Positions 51,602 to 64,000 of a stretch of 64,000 nucleotides of DNA are shown piece after piece. The notes beneath the pieces were generated by a model that saw nothing but the letters and a program-made list of their open reading frames with translations, was not told where the DNA came from and searched no databases. The DNA lies in contig JBITNC010000001.1 in the NCBI GenBank assembly GCA_050084985.1, positions 203,794,001 to 203,858,000 on the forward strand, given 5' to 3'. This DNA comes from Nageia nagi (lineage: Eukaryota; Plantae; Pinophyta). How positions within the stretch are numbered: position 1 is the first letter of the stretch; the number at the start of each line of letters is the position of its first letter. Both the position numbers and the translations under genes were made by a program.

Positions 51602-54600
51602 CTCATTGGAAAAAAAAAGGCTGCTGTTATGGATCATATTTCAGATCTGTTACGTATTGTGGAATGCATCATATATAGCCATTTGAGGGCTGTAAGTGGA
51701 GTACAAATCTCAGACGTTGATGCCTTTGACTGGATGCCATATATTCATCACTGTTCAGCAAATTAGAAGGCTGATTTTTGTAGGGGAACATTTGTTACTG
51801 ATTGGATGTTCATTATACCACATACTTGCTTAACACTGCATGGCTTGAGCACTGCATTGTGTGAGGAAAAATCAGCAACGATTGGAGAGATTGCCACCCC
51901 AAGTTCTTACTTCGTTTTGTGTTCATCATGCCGTAGAGGGGCTGCTGGTTTTCCAGTCCTGTTCAGTGACTTTGAGCACATGGGGAAGTTTACATATCCT
52001 TGCAGATTGATACTTGCTTGCATTTCAAATGTTAACATCCATGTTGGGGTGATGGGCTTGCCTAACTTTGAATATAATAGTTATGTTTTGAGGGCTGTTC
52101 TGTGCACTCTTGAGGCCGAGTTTGTTGGATGCATAGTTGATATGATTTCTTCACTTGAGCATGATGGACTCTATTCTTTGAGGTGGGTTTGGGACCCTGG
52201 ATTGTATTGTAATTGCTTGAGGGCAAGCAATCTTGAAAGGGGAGGCCTTGTGATGGCCCTTTTTGCAAAATCTAATTAATTCTGGAATTCAACGGATACC
52301 CTCTTTGTACATATTTAATTATGTTTTATTAGTTAGTACTTGGGATAGAAGACTAAATGGGTCATTGCCCCATTATGAGCCCCAAGTGGGATGTCTCCCT
52401 CCCTACTATAGATTAGAGTGTTTTAATGTACTTGTAGATCCCGATACATGATTGTGGGAATCCCAAGGTCTATTTAGCACTTAGTGGATGGATGAGCACT
52501 TAATGGCCCCAAATTTGAGATTGGGAGCATTTGTACACATGCGCCAACCTTGGGGAGACTTCTAGACCCCCATGTTGGCCCATGACATCCACATTTCCCC
52601 CCTAGATGCCCATACATGCCTCCTAAACCCACACATGTATTCTTGGACTCACATGGAGCATGAGGGAGGCCCAAATACCCACGTTGGTCCTGGAATGACT
52701 CCTAGGTGTCGACGTTAGGGCTTGCGGGGATTGGGTGATGACATTGAGGTGCAATCTAGTTCGAGGAAAGCTATATTAGTCCTTGGAGCCTTATTTGCTG
52801 GATATGTTGAATTTTTGATTATTGCTTATACCATCCGGTGGATAGAAGTCTTAGCATAGCGCTAAGCAATATCCCTTGGTGCAACCTCTAGGAGGATTAG
52901 CAAGTTGGGATCTTGTTAGTCTATGGCTTTGGTGTAGGACCCTAGTGTATGGCTTTGTTATTCCGAGGTTGAGCTTCTACCTTCTGTTGTTGATGGGATT
53001 TGAGGAGGGTTTCTTCGGCGGAGAGGAATCGGATTCTGAGGGAGCATGACTATCCTATTCACCATCCGTCTGTCCAATAGTGAGAGACACACGTTGTGCC
53101 CTAGTTGGCACCTTGGAGGGCAACATCCAGCCTTGGGGGCTTGGTATTGTATCTTTGATCATAATTTATCTTACATACAGCCGTTGGGCACTTGGATTGC
53201 CATATTTGTCTTGTGTATGCTTTACTATAGCAACGTTGTGGTGTGATTGTTCATTCATGCATATTGTAGCCAGACGTTGGCATTGTGAGCTTGTATTTAT
53301 TGATATTTGCTAGTCTTGGCCAGGCGTTGGCAATATTGTATTGTTTATGTTTAATCTGGATGCCCTAGGTCAGACGTTGGAGCATACTTGTGTATTTTGA
53401 GCTATTTGCACTTGATTTTGTAATTGGATCTTTACAATAAACCACATCTCGGAGTTAGTGACATCTTAATCTGAATATTGGTCTTTTAGAAAAACTCTAA
53501 AAATAGAAAAAATATATTTTACAATTTCTAAAAATAGAAAATTCATAATTTTGAAACAAATGTTGTGGAACAGAAACTAACACTCCCTGTTTGCAAGGAA
53601 TGTGTTCTTACCAAACCAAGCTTCGATTATGGACAACCATTTGGAATTAACTATTAATTTTCCTTGAGGTCTTGGAAGTTGGAATTATACTCCTCAACCA
53701 TAGCATCATGCCATACTTGCTATGAACTAGCCTCCTCAAAACTAGGTGGTTCTATCTCAAGAACAGAAGAAGTCATCAAAGCAATATAGTTTGGAAACGT
53801 TTTAGGTGGGTGATTCATTTTCAAAGAAGTTCAGGTTCTCCAAATTGCCCTTAAGCCTCTTGCAAGGTACGGGTAAATTATTTAGGCTTCTTGCCAGGTT
53901 TGGATAGAGCTGATGTGTTATCAACTTTACTAGAAGTAGGCTGATCGGCAATAGGGGCTGCTGTACTTTCCTGATCTGAACTTTGACTGACAAGTTGATC
54001 ATTGCCCTCAACCACTATGGGAGGCTCCTGAGGCTTGGAGGATCAAGCATATTCATCAAACTTTACATCCCTACTAACCAGGGTCTTCAGCTGTGCGAGA
54101 ACATAGATCCGGTAGAGATTTAAGTTCTGACAATAGCCAATGAAATTACTTTGATTCTGGAGGGCTCAAACATAGTCTGTTTCTCAATAGGCACATGAAT
54201 ATAAAGAGGATTCCAAAATCATGAAAATGAGATACTTGAGGCTTCTTACCAGAAAAGGCCTCCTTTGGTGTTTTGTTCTTTAAATATTTTGTGGTCACAT
54301 CTATTCAAAATGTAGATGACTGTATAACATGCTTATGCTCAAAGTAATATAGGGATGTCCATACTACAAATCATGATCTTAGCCATCTGAATGATAGATA
54401 TATTCTTCCTTTTTGTAACCCCATTTTGCTACGGGTTGTATGGTACTGTGAACTCCCTTGTAACTACTTCCTTGAAATAAGAATCAATCTTGTGAGGTAT
54501 ACTCTGAACAGATGAACAATCGTCTGTTGCTCATAGTTTTCTGCTGTGCTGATCCACCAAATTGGTTTTAGACCAAGTCATCAGATCATCCTGTGCAAAT

Positions 54601-55822
54601 AAGAACTAGATAATCAACACCAAGCAGATCACAAGACAAGCAAAGCAACATATTGGCATCCTAAATGCTAGTTCTCTATCACTAGAATGGCAGATTGGCA
54701 GAAAAGTTTCTTAAGTCTCTTTGAAAAAACAGTGTTTGATATGCGCAAACCCCAGGTTGAGCTCTGGGAGTAGAAGAGCTGCGAGGAGATTGACAACATT
54801 TCACACAGCACTATCAAGTTTAGAAGTATGGCACTAGTCAAAGCAACAGCACCAGCTGCAACACAAATGTGAGGTGTACTATGTGGCGTTCTAATGATCT
54901 TTGACTTTACAATGCTTTCTTCTTGTGCACGTGAAGGCCCAATTTCTGATGAACACCTTGTGCTAGAATGAGAGGATAACTCTCTTTTGGCCTCAAAGCT
55001 GGCTCATTTTGCTTAATTTTCTATTGCTGCTAGGGATAGATTTTGCTTGGTGTGCTGCCTTGATTGGCATGTCTTCAGATATTTTTATGTTGTTCCTTTT
55101 TATACTTGAACTTACTCACGTGCCCAATAGTTGCTGCTGCAAAAGTTACATTGACCTTTATCTTTTCTATTTGTTTACATCAATTCACTAATAAATGCCT
55201 CCATGTTTCATTTCGTTTCATTTTGTAAAAGGATTGGGGTTTTAAAATGTTGGTATCAAAGAAAGCAGGCATCTAGAATTTAAAAAATTAGAGTAGGGTG
55301 ACTAACTATAGGCTATTGAAATTTAGTTGATTCGCTATTGCTTGGATGGTTGTCAATCTGCAATTGATTGTTGTTGTCATGCTCTAGATGCTTTGCCAAT
55401 GAGCCCTAGATGTTTGCTGATGTGCTATACATGATTAGGTGAGCTCCTTAAACTTGTGCAATCTGCAAAGACAAAATATATCTTGCCAGTAACTATAGAG
55501 ATGTGCAAATAATGTGAGTCTGACTGGTTTTTGACTGATTCAATGCATGGGTAAATGCATATGGGTGTGTTTATGAAGTGAAGAGCCAACTCTACTTGTT
55601 TTGAGTGCCATGTTCAGTGATACTTGCAAGTATCTCAAATACCATGCAAGCCATTTTTCATTGATTTCAGGTGCTGGTAACAAACAAGATATTTAGAATG
55701 AGCATTTCTTTGGTTGAACATAGTTGTTGTGGCAGTGTTCTTCTGAAGCATGATAAGAGATTCATTTTGCTTCTGTGTAGAATTTTTTGTTTGCTAAACT
55801 AATTCTGTTTACTATTGTGCAG

Positions 55823-55941
55823 ATTGTGTACGGCAGGCAGTTAAACGTTCAGAGCCAAGAGAAAGGATGGGACTCTACTGGGGATATACTGTGCGGTATG
55901 CTTCTAATATTGGTGATGTGTTCAAGGGTTGTCCTTACAAG
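55823..55941 (+). CDS. SPOUT1: SPOUT1/C9orf114-like exon; (D)CVRQAVKRSEPRERMGLYWGYTVRYASNIGDVFKGCPYK
   Basis: tgtgcag|AT ... AAG|gtatgt. Contains the GxYWGYxVR..VF..CPY motif. Phase 1 to phase 0. Confidence 0.95.
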
Positions 55942-56057
55942 GTATGTGAAGATTATTGTATAGGTTATGAATAGATCCACTAAATGCTTTATAGCTTCAA
56001 TGCGTCTTCAGGAAGCTAGGTAATCTGACGTCATAATAATGCTTTGAATCTGTGTAG

Positions 56058-56137
56058 GGTGGGTATGACTATTCGATTGGAACTTCAGAGCATGGAGATA
56101 TTATAAGGTCTTCTAATCTTGTAATTCCAAAGTTCAG
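56058..56137 (+). CDS. SPOUT1: SPOUT1/C9orf114-like exon; GGYDYSIGTSEHGDIIRSSNLVIPKF(R)
   Basis: tgtgtag|GGT ... TTCAG|gtacc, after a 116-bp intron. GGYDxxIGTSExG motif of the SPOUT knot region. Confidence 0.95.
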
Positions 56138-56514
56138 GTACCAGGAAAATAATGAAGTGATGTAGATTGGAATATTTATGTCTTTGTCATTTAAATGGTT
56201 TAAAGTTTTATCATTTTCCTGCAAGTGATCCGTTAAGATTATGTTTATAAGGATGTAAAATACATTATCGATATAATTAAAGAAATGTATTTGATATGAT
56301 TATTGAATCAAATTGCATGAATGATTTTTATCAATGCATGCCATTAACCTAATTCGTAGGAGGGAAGAGGAGAGCTATTAGAACTGAAATTTGAACTCTT
56401 GATTCTTAGATGACAATGAAAATGTGAATTTTTCTCCTTGGTGGTGTTCCATTTTTATCTTTACAAATGGAAATAAGGTTGGTAAGTTATTCATTTCTTA
56501 TAATAGAGGCATAT

Positions 56515-56829
56515 TATAACATCCCCTTTTGATCAAATTAAAGAAATTCAGGATCCTTAGTGTCCTTTTTGTAAATAATTTATATTTGCATTAGTAGTAA
56601 CTTGGGATAGAAAAATAATAGTCCATTAAATCCATATTGTGAGCCCCAAAGTGGGACGTTTTCCTCCCAAGCATAGGATGAGTTGTTTTATTGTTATTTT
56701 TATGCACTTGGAGATCCTAAAGAATGATTGTGGGAATCCCAAGGCTTGTATTACACCTAGATAGCCAACGCATGGCATGGATGGACACCTATGACCCCAA
56801 TGTTGGACTTGGGGAGTTGTACACCTTTG
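56515..56829 (+). mobile_element. 5' part of a 1.2-kb-family LTR, interrupted at 56830
   Basis: TATAACATCCCC start (degenerate TGTAACATCCCC) and family motifs GAGCCCCAAAGTGGGAC and GATTGTGGGAATCCC. Confidence 0.7.
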
Positions 56830-57266
56830 TGTAACATCCCCTTTGATTAGAGATTCCCTTTGTAAATATTTTATTTATTTATCTATTTGTTGTTTGTTAG
56901 TTGAGATAAAAAGATAATGGTTCATTGGACCCACGTTGTGAGTCCCATGTGGGATGTTTTCCTCCCAAGCTTAAGATGTGTTATTTTATTAATCATAAAT
57001 GCACTTGGAGATCCTAAATTGATTGTGGGAATCCCAAGCCTCATGTAACATCCAAAATAGCATAATGCACACCTAGAACCCAACGATGGGCTTGAGCACT
57101 TGTGCCAGCCTTGGAAAGGCTTTTAGACCCCAACGTTGGTCCATGATGACACTCCACCACCCACGCATGACTCTTAGACCTTGTTGGCATGCATGGCAAC
57201 TTGGACATCCGTGTTGGCATGCGTGGCACCTTAGACCCCCACGTTGGCATGCATGGCACCTTGGAC
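56830..57266 (+). mobile_element. 5' part of a second 1.2-kb-family LTR nested in the previous one, interrupted by element G
   Basis: TGTAACATCCCC start, repeats the same LTR motifs, and has a CCACGTTGGCATGC repeat array. Confidence 0.72.
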
Positions 57267-60200
57267 TATAAAGATCCAATTACAATCTCAAGTGCAAATT
57301 AGCAAATCCAATTAAACAAACCCTAATGTTTGGTCTAGGGCATCCAAAAAATGCATAATTAACACTATAATGCCAACATTTGGCCCAAATTGGCAGATAG
57401 CAATATACAACAATGGAAAATGCCAATGTATGGATCATACAATTGCATACATGCAAAGATAACTCAACATTGCAAACATGAGCAAGTATACAATGTGAAA
57501 TGGAGATTGAATGGCCCAATGGCTGTATAATGATATGAAATGAATAACAAAACAATACCAAGCTCCTAGAGCTGGATGTTGGCCTCCAAGGAGCCAACTA
57601 GGGCACAACGAATATCCTCAAACTGGATGGACGAACGGGATAGTCTTGCTCGCTCAGAACTTGAATTCTCTCCACTGAAGAAGCCCTTCTACGAGCTTGG
57701 CGACCAACTGAATGGTAGAAGCTCAACCTTGGAATACCATTGGATAGGCAAGGGTGCCACACTAGTGCTGTAGACTAACAAGATCCCTCAGCTTGATAGC
57801 CCTCCTAGATGCTGCACCTAGGGGTTTGCTTAGCACCGCTAAGACTTCTATCCTCTAGATGACATCAAGTAATAATAATAATCAAGTATATTCAGCTATG
57901 AGGTTCCAATGCCTTTTTAGTCACTCAATTGGATCTGGATCTCACCTTGGAGTCATCACCCTGCTCCTTAATTCCGTTAGCCTCTTGGGGTCCCAGAATG
58001 CCCAACGTGGATGCCTAGGGGTAGGTATGCCCTACGTGGGTGCCTAGGTTCCATAAACGCCAATGTGGGGGTCTACGAGTGCAATGCATGCCCAACGTGG
58101 GTCTATGAGTCATGTGTGGGGTTGGGTGTCATCATGGGCCAATGTGGGGGTCTAGGGGTCTCCCCAAGGCTGGTGCATGTATACAAGTGCTCATCCATCC
58201 AAGTGCTAAACAGACCTTGGGATTCCCACAATTATGATTGGGATCTCCAAGTATGATAAAAACTCCTAATCTATTCTTGGGAGGGAGACGTGCCACTTGG
58301 GGCTCATAGTGGGGTCCATTGATTCATCAAGTCTCCTATCCCAATTATTAACTTAAAGTAAAATGCAATAATAAAATATATTACAAAAGAGAATTCATAA
58401 AATTTCATAATCAAATATAATAATACAAGGGGGACGTTACAATGCCTCCCCTCTCGAATTGCTTGCCCTCAAGCAATGGTGGAAGATTGCAACATATTGT
58501 CTTCCAAGAATACTTCAATCCTGTAAGCTGCCATCTGCCATGGTGGAATGCAACTTCAATATCTTCTCTCCATGATGGTAGTTTGGTACGAACTGTTGAA
58601 TCTATGTCCTCATGCATCAATAATGCATGCAAAAACTCTGATTTGCTATAACTGTCACTCCTCTTCAGCTATTTGATGGCCATTCTCAGAACACAAAGGA
58701 GTGTATGGAAGGCTCCAAAAAGATGTACCTGCAAGAACCTCAAGCAAATCATAGGTGAGTGAAAATAGATGAAGCCTTTGCTCTGTATATGAGGCCAGGT
58801 CCCCTCAAAGCCCAACATGGAGTTCCAAACCCCCTCAATGGCCAGTGTGAATCAAGAAACCTCCCCAACCTCCAACTTGGGGTACCAAACTGCTATTTGA
58901 CCCATCGTCAAGTGCAAAGACCTTCCCAAGTCTAACGTGGGGAGCCAACACTCGCTCAATCCAGTTATTGGGTCCTCAAGCCTCTCTAGGCCAAACGTGG
59001 GGTGTCCCAAACTCTCAATGCTCACCATCATGCACAAACATCCCTCAACCATCTATGCAAGGTGTATGAAGTCTCCTGATTCCAACGTGGGGTAACAGAG
59101 TTCCTTCAGGATCAACGTCCCACTCCCTACTTTCACGATGCTCCACGTGCGGGGTAGAAGCTCTTCCATGTTCAACGTTGAGTGACAAACCTTTTTGAAG
59201 CTCAATACCGGATGACAACCCTCCCCGAACCCCAACATTGGGGGTGGAAGCTCCTCAAGGTTTTACGTGAGGTGTCTAGCCTCTCCAAGACCCAATGTGG
59301 TGAACAAGAGGTCCCTCAAACTCCATGTCGCATGCCCAAGCTCCCTGATGTGCAACATGGGGTATAGGACCTTCATGCTGCTCTTCTCCTCATGTCATGG
59401 TCTCTTCATGTCTAACATGGCCCCATTTTCAGCTTCCTCTTTCTTTTGGCACCACTCAATCACCTCCATATGCTTGTTATATAACTATGGAAATTCATCT
59501 CAAATTCCTTGCAGTGTATGGGTCTTCCCATCAATCTCGAAACTCTTAGTGAGTTTCTTGTAGTTGGTGTGGATGTCACCCAACTCGAACAACCACTGCA
59601 CTCCCAAAATGATGTGAGGATGCCCTTTCAAGGGATAAACATAGAAATTCTCCCTTATAGTATAACTCTTTAACCTCACTCCAAATCTCTCACTATGTGG
59701 TGGACAAGTGTGAGTTTCCCATTAGCATTGGAAACTTTGAATCCTTCAAACCCTTTAGTTTTCAGGTTCTTCCTTTCTACAAAGCCCTCATCGATGAAGT
59801 TGTGAGATGCTCTTGGATCAATTAGGACCATCACATCGTATCCACTAGCTTGCCCCACCACCTTCAGTGTGAGGTACTTCTTCACTCCATGAAGTGAAGC
59901 GATCATACTACCCAAAGTGCCTTCTACTCTCGGTGCCTCTTGGTCTAACATGTTCATGCCAAGATCTAGGTTTGAATCATCCAACTCCTCCTTAGAAAAC
60001 GCCTCTATGTAGTGCACTTGTCCCTTGCCTTGGCAACGGTGCCTCAGCTCCCAAGTCTTCTTGCAGTAGAAGCAATTGCCTTCCTTTCTCAGTTTTTTCT
60101 GTGTAGTTGTGTCTAATTGGTTCGTCCGAGGTGGGGGGAAGGGTTTGGCCTTGCTAGGCCCCTCCTTTTATGTGTAGTCTTTCTTGTGGCCGGCCCCTTG

Positions 60201-60394
60201 TGCATGTGCCTTCCCTTGAGGGATTTCACTATCGGCTCAAGATCGTATGCAACCTGAATAACATCATCAAGATTCCTAGGTGAGGACACCTTGACCATTC
60301 CCTGCAATGAGTCCATCGATCCCTTTATGTAGAGGAATATCAACCACTCCTCAGGAATGTGATGTATCATAACTGCAATCTTTTGGAATTCCGA
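57267..60394 (-). mobile_element. Element G: gag+protease-only gypsy element (3' LTR 57267-58441), interrupted in gag by element H
   Basis: LTR TATAAAGATCC...GGGGGACGTTACA, PPT, 30-bp repeat tail, protease VLIDPRASHNFID (59676-60017) and gag C-terminal part. Collinear with E and F. Confidence 0.85.
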
Positions 60395-63300
60395 TGTAAT
60401 GACCCAAATAGGATCTCCAACAAATATCAGTCAATTATAATGCAAAAGCAATCAAACTAGGGCATCCAATACACAAACTCAAACCCTAAAGTGCCAATGT
60501 TGGGCTCCCACAAGCACAATATCCCTAAACAATGCCAACGATGGATCTTCCTAACACATACACACCTCATAATACGAACGATGGGCCAAATACAACAATA
60601 CACAACTCAACAATGCTCACAAAGCCAATGTCTGGCCTAAACATGCACAAATGCACCAAATGATGCCAAAAAAAGTATACAATGCTAAGATCCAAAGTGC
60701 CCACGGATTATATTATCATGAACAATGAGATACAACACATAAGCAAGCCCAAAGGGCTGATGTCAACCTCCTTGGAGCTGAACTGGGCTTAGACGAACTC
60801 TCTGATGATGTTGGACGGTCTATGGGACAACAACGCCTCCTCACAATCTTACTCGTCCCCACCGAAGGGGCCCTCTCCAGATCTGGATAACCACTCGTGT
60901 GGTAGAGACTCTGCCTTGGATACCATCGGATGGGCAATGGTGCTCCACCAATGCCGTAGATTGCCAAGATCCCTCATCTTGACAACCCTCTTAGGTGTTG
61001 CACCTAACGAATACACTTAGCGCTCCGCTAAGCTTTTGTCTATCGAACGTTGTAGAAGTGTAGAAGTAATAATAATCAAGCGTGTCTAGCAAATGAGTCT
61101 CTAAGTCTTCTTATATTCTCAATCAGGTCCTGGATCCTACCTTGGAATCATCACTAGGCTCTAAGGCCCCAATGTTAGCCTCTAAAGGGCTTGGGATGCC
61201 CAACATGGTTATCTAGGTGTTAGGCATGCCAACGTGGCATTTCTGGGTGCCATAAATGCTAGCATAGGGTGTAGGGGTGCCACGCAAACCCACGTGGGTC
61301 TTGGTGTCATGCCTGGAAGCCTAGGAGTCTGGGATGGCCAACATGGGGTCTAGGGGACTCCCCAAGGTTGGTGCAAGCATGTAATCCTCTATCCTTGCTA
61401 ATTAATGTAAACAAGCTCTTGGGATTCCCACAATCAGGTCCGGGATCTCCAAGTACATTAATATATCCTATTCTACACTTGGGAGGGATACGCCCACTAA
61501 GGGCTCATAGTGGGGTCCATGGACCAATTAATTCCTATCCCAAGTTATACAAAAACAACTACAAAACAACAAGATAACTTTTAAACAAACTACAAAAGGG
61601 ATGTTACAAAACCTTCCTCCTAAGATTGCTTGCCCTCAAGCAACCCCAAAGCAAGATATGAGAGAACCTCAACTCCTTCCCATGTTTAATCCTCCTCTGG
61701 CAAGTCATTCCACTTCACCAAATACTCCTGTAGTTGTCTTGATCTCAACTTCTAGGTATGAGTGTCCAAGATCTTCTCCAGATTCAGAATCAAACGTCCC
61801 TCATCATGCAATGGTGTTAGTGTAGGGGATGAAACATCTTGTTGTCCAATAACCTTCTTCAAAAGCGAGACATGGAATGTGTTGTGAATCTTACTCTTTG
61901 GTGGCAACTCCAACTCGTAAGCAGTCTCTCCAACCCTATGTAGGATCTTGTATGGCCTAAAATATTGAGTCTGTAGTTTCTCCATTGTCCTTTTCTTTAG
62001 GGAAGATTGCATGTAGGGTTGCAGACGTAGGTACACCATATCCCCAACCTCAAACACCCTCTCAGATCGGTTCTAGTCATAGTACCTCTTTTGCTGATTT
62101 TGAGCCATTTGTAGGTTCTCCTTTAGGGCAACCATGACATCCTGTTATTCTTGCAAGAAATCTTTAGCTTTTGGTGCCTCCCCAACATGGAGCCACTTGA
62201 CCCACTGTTGCCCTGTCACATAATGTCTCAAGTATGTTTCCACCCATTTGTTCACTATCTCAGTCTATCCAGCCGTTTGGGGGTGATTGCTAGTGCTAGG
62301 AGTTAGGCTGGTCCCACTCAATTGGAACAATTCTTGCTAGAAAACGCTCATGAACTTACTATCCCGATCACTGACAATCCTCCTAGACAGCTCGTGTAAT
62401 CTGAACATCTCTTGGAAGAATAGATCAGCCACCTATGCTGTAGTGTGTGTGGCTAAAATGGCAAAGAAATGGGCAAACTTGGTGAGTCTATCCACCACAA
62501 TGAAGATGCTGTCTTTACCTTGTATTTTTGGTATTCTTGTGATAAGTCCATAGATATATCCTCCCACTTTTGTTATGGAATGGGCAAAGGTTGGAGATCT
62601 CCTTTAGGCTTGGCACGTTCCTCCTTGTTTTCCTGACATCGTGGACATTCTAGGACATGCTTGTAGACGTCATCTTTCAGCTCGTTTTCCATGTTGAGGG
62701 GGGCGTTGTGTAGGATGTGGAGGATCTTTTCTCGAATTTTTGAATTTGGTACCAAGAGAACTCTATTCCACTTCAAAATCATACCATCCCTGATTACATA
62801 TCTCTTGTTCTTCACCACCTCACTTAGAATTCCAGTAGTAAACTCATCCTTTCTATACTCATCCATAATTGTCTTCTTCCAATCTGCTATAATAGTGGAG
62901 AGTGAATGGAAAGAAGGGTTTCTTGACAATACATCTGCTGCCGTATTCTTCTTCCCTGTAATGTAGAGAATCTCAAAATCGAAGGATTGTAGCATACTTA
63001 CCCATTGGTGCTGCTTTTAACTCAAATTTGTCTGGTTTAGGAAATATTTGAGACTATTATGATCACTTCAGATGATGAATGGCCCACAAACCAAGTATTG
63101 TTTGAACTTCTCCAACACATGCATGATTGCTAACATTTCCTAGTCATAGACACTAAAATTCTGTTTAGTTGGAGAGAGCTTGTAGCTCTCTAATGCAATT
63201 GGTTGTCCTTTCTGCATAATAACTGTTTCAACGCCCAATTTGGACGCATCACACTCAACCGTGGAAGGAACCAAGAAATCTAGTATAGCTAAGTAGGGGC

Positions 63301-64000
63301 ATGTGCACATGAGCTTCTTTAGTTTCTCAAAGGTCTCCTACGTAACTGGACTCCATACAAATGCATCTTTCTTTGTGAGTTGTGTGAGGGGGGCGGCTAG
63401 ATGGGAGAACCCTCGTATGAATCTCTGGTAATAATTACAAAGCCCCTAAAACCCTCTTAGCTGTGGTGGACGTAGGACCGACCAGTCCCGAATAGCTAGT
63501 ATCTTCTTTGCATCAACCGTCACTCCTTCATGGTTGATGATGTGCCCCAAATACAAGATCTCCTTCATACCAAACTTACATTTGGACAGTTTGGCGTAGA
63601 ACTGTTGTTCTTGCAATATTTTCAAGACCTGATCCAGATGTTGAAGGTGCTCCTCCCACATCCAGCTATACACAAGTATGTCATCAAAGAAAACTAGTAC
63701 AAACTTCCGCAATTGCTTCCTGAATACTTGATTCATGGCAGACTAGAATGTTGCGGGCGCATTGGTCAATCTAAAGGGCATTACTAAGAATTCGAAATGA
63801 CCATGGTGACATCTGAAAGCCATTTTGTGGACATCATCCTCCTTCATTTGGATCTCAAATCAATTTTTGAAAAATACATTGCCCCATGAAGCTCATCAAT
63901 GAGATCATCCACCCATGGGATCGAATATCGATTCTTTATTGTCTTCTTGTTGAGAAGCCGGTAGTCGATGCACATTTGCATTGTCCCGTCTTTCTTCTTA
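60395..64000 (-). mobile_element. Element H: chromovirus-type Ty3/gypsy element (3' LTR 60395-61608), continues past window
   Basis: LTR TGTAATGACCC...GGGATGTTACA shares family motifs; PPT follows; RT-RH-IN order on the minus strand. Confidence 0.9.
61640..64000 (-). pseudogene. pol: Decayed pol of element H (RT, RNase H, integrase, probable chromodomain remnant)
   Basis: RT VLVFFDDILVYS...SKCKFG; RH VECDAS...; linker KGDLQPLPIP; IN C-terminal FEVGDMVYLRLQPY...ETAYELELP..IHNTFHVSLLKK. Many stops and frameshifts. Confidence 0.92.

Larger units (their letters stand above)
35207..53436 (+). mobile_element. Element D: non-autonomous LTR retrotransposon (5' LTR 35207-36392, 3' LTR 52249-53436), no recognisable gag/pol, hosting E and F
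   Basis: TSD ATAAA on both sides; PBS TGGTATCAGAGC (36394-36405); PPT GAAAGGGGAGG before 52249; the LTR pair aligns along its length. Confidence 0.92.
34595..54490 (-). mobile_element. Truncated, internally deleted Ty1/copia element; its 3' LTR (34595-35206 + 53442-53582) is split by element D
   Basis: TGTTGAAA...AACTAACA followed by CTCCCTG (PPT on minus). Minus-strand peptides EPPSFEEA..W.DAMVEEY (RT start, ~53680-53760), TPKEAFSGKKPQVSH..YIHVP and TVPYNP.QNGV (integrase, ~54130-54460). Confidence 0.7.

Noticed and set aside
55251-55262. PBS-like TGGTATCAAAG as the start of another LTR element
   Set aside because: No LTR-terminal CA directly before it, and no partner LTR or TSD found.

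Overview
Eukaryotic, almost certainly plant, DNA. Giant TE-filled introns and slowly decaying nested LTR elements suggest a gymnosperm (inference). The only host gene seen is a + strand SPOUT-class RNA methyltransferase (SPOUT1/C9orf114/CENP-32-like). Four small in-phase exons (8115-8179, 34272-34350, 55823-55941, 56058-56137) are separated by introns of about 26.1 kb, 21.5 kb and 116 bp, and the gene extends past both window edges. Most of the rest is nested transposon sequence. (i) A chromovirus-type Ty3/gypsy LTR family with ~1.2-1.3 kb LTRs occurs as solo LTRs, as gag+protease-only elements, as an element with no recognisable retro genes, and as one decayed RT-RH-IN copy. (ii) There are Copia remnants, an L1 remnant, an RTE/RTEX-like LINE tail and a probable non-autonomous Helitron. 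(iii) The most unusual feature is three copies (A, B, C) of a 6-7 kb TGTTG...CAACA unit. B and C are complete with 5-bp TSDs. They have no internal LTR pair, PBS or gag/pol, but each carries an array of ~48-50 bp hairpin repeats separated by non-repetitive spacers, followed by a decayed ~1000-codon gene of unknown function. The simplest reading is a giant solo LTR with a protein gene and hairpin array inside it. The hairpin sequence and the protein have both diverged between subfamilies B and C. All calls are by eye; no database searches were run.
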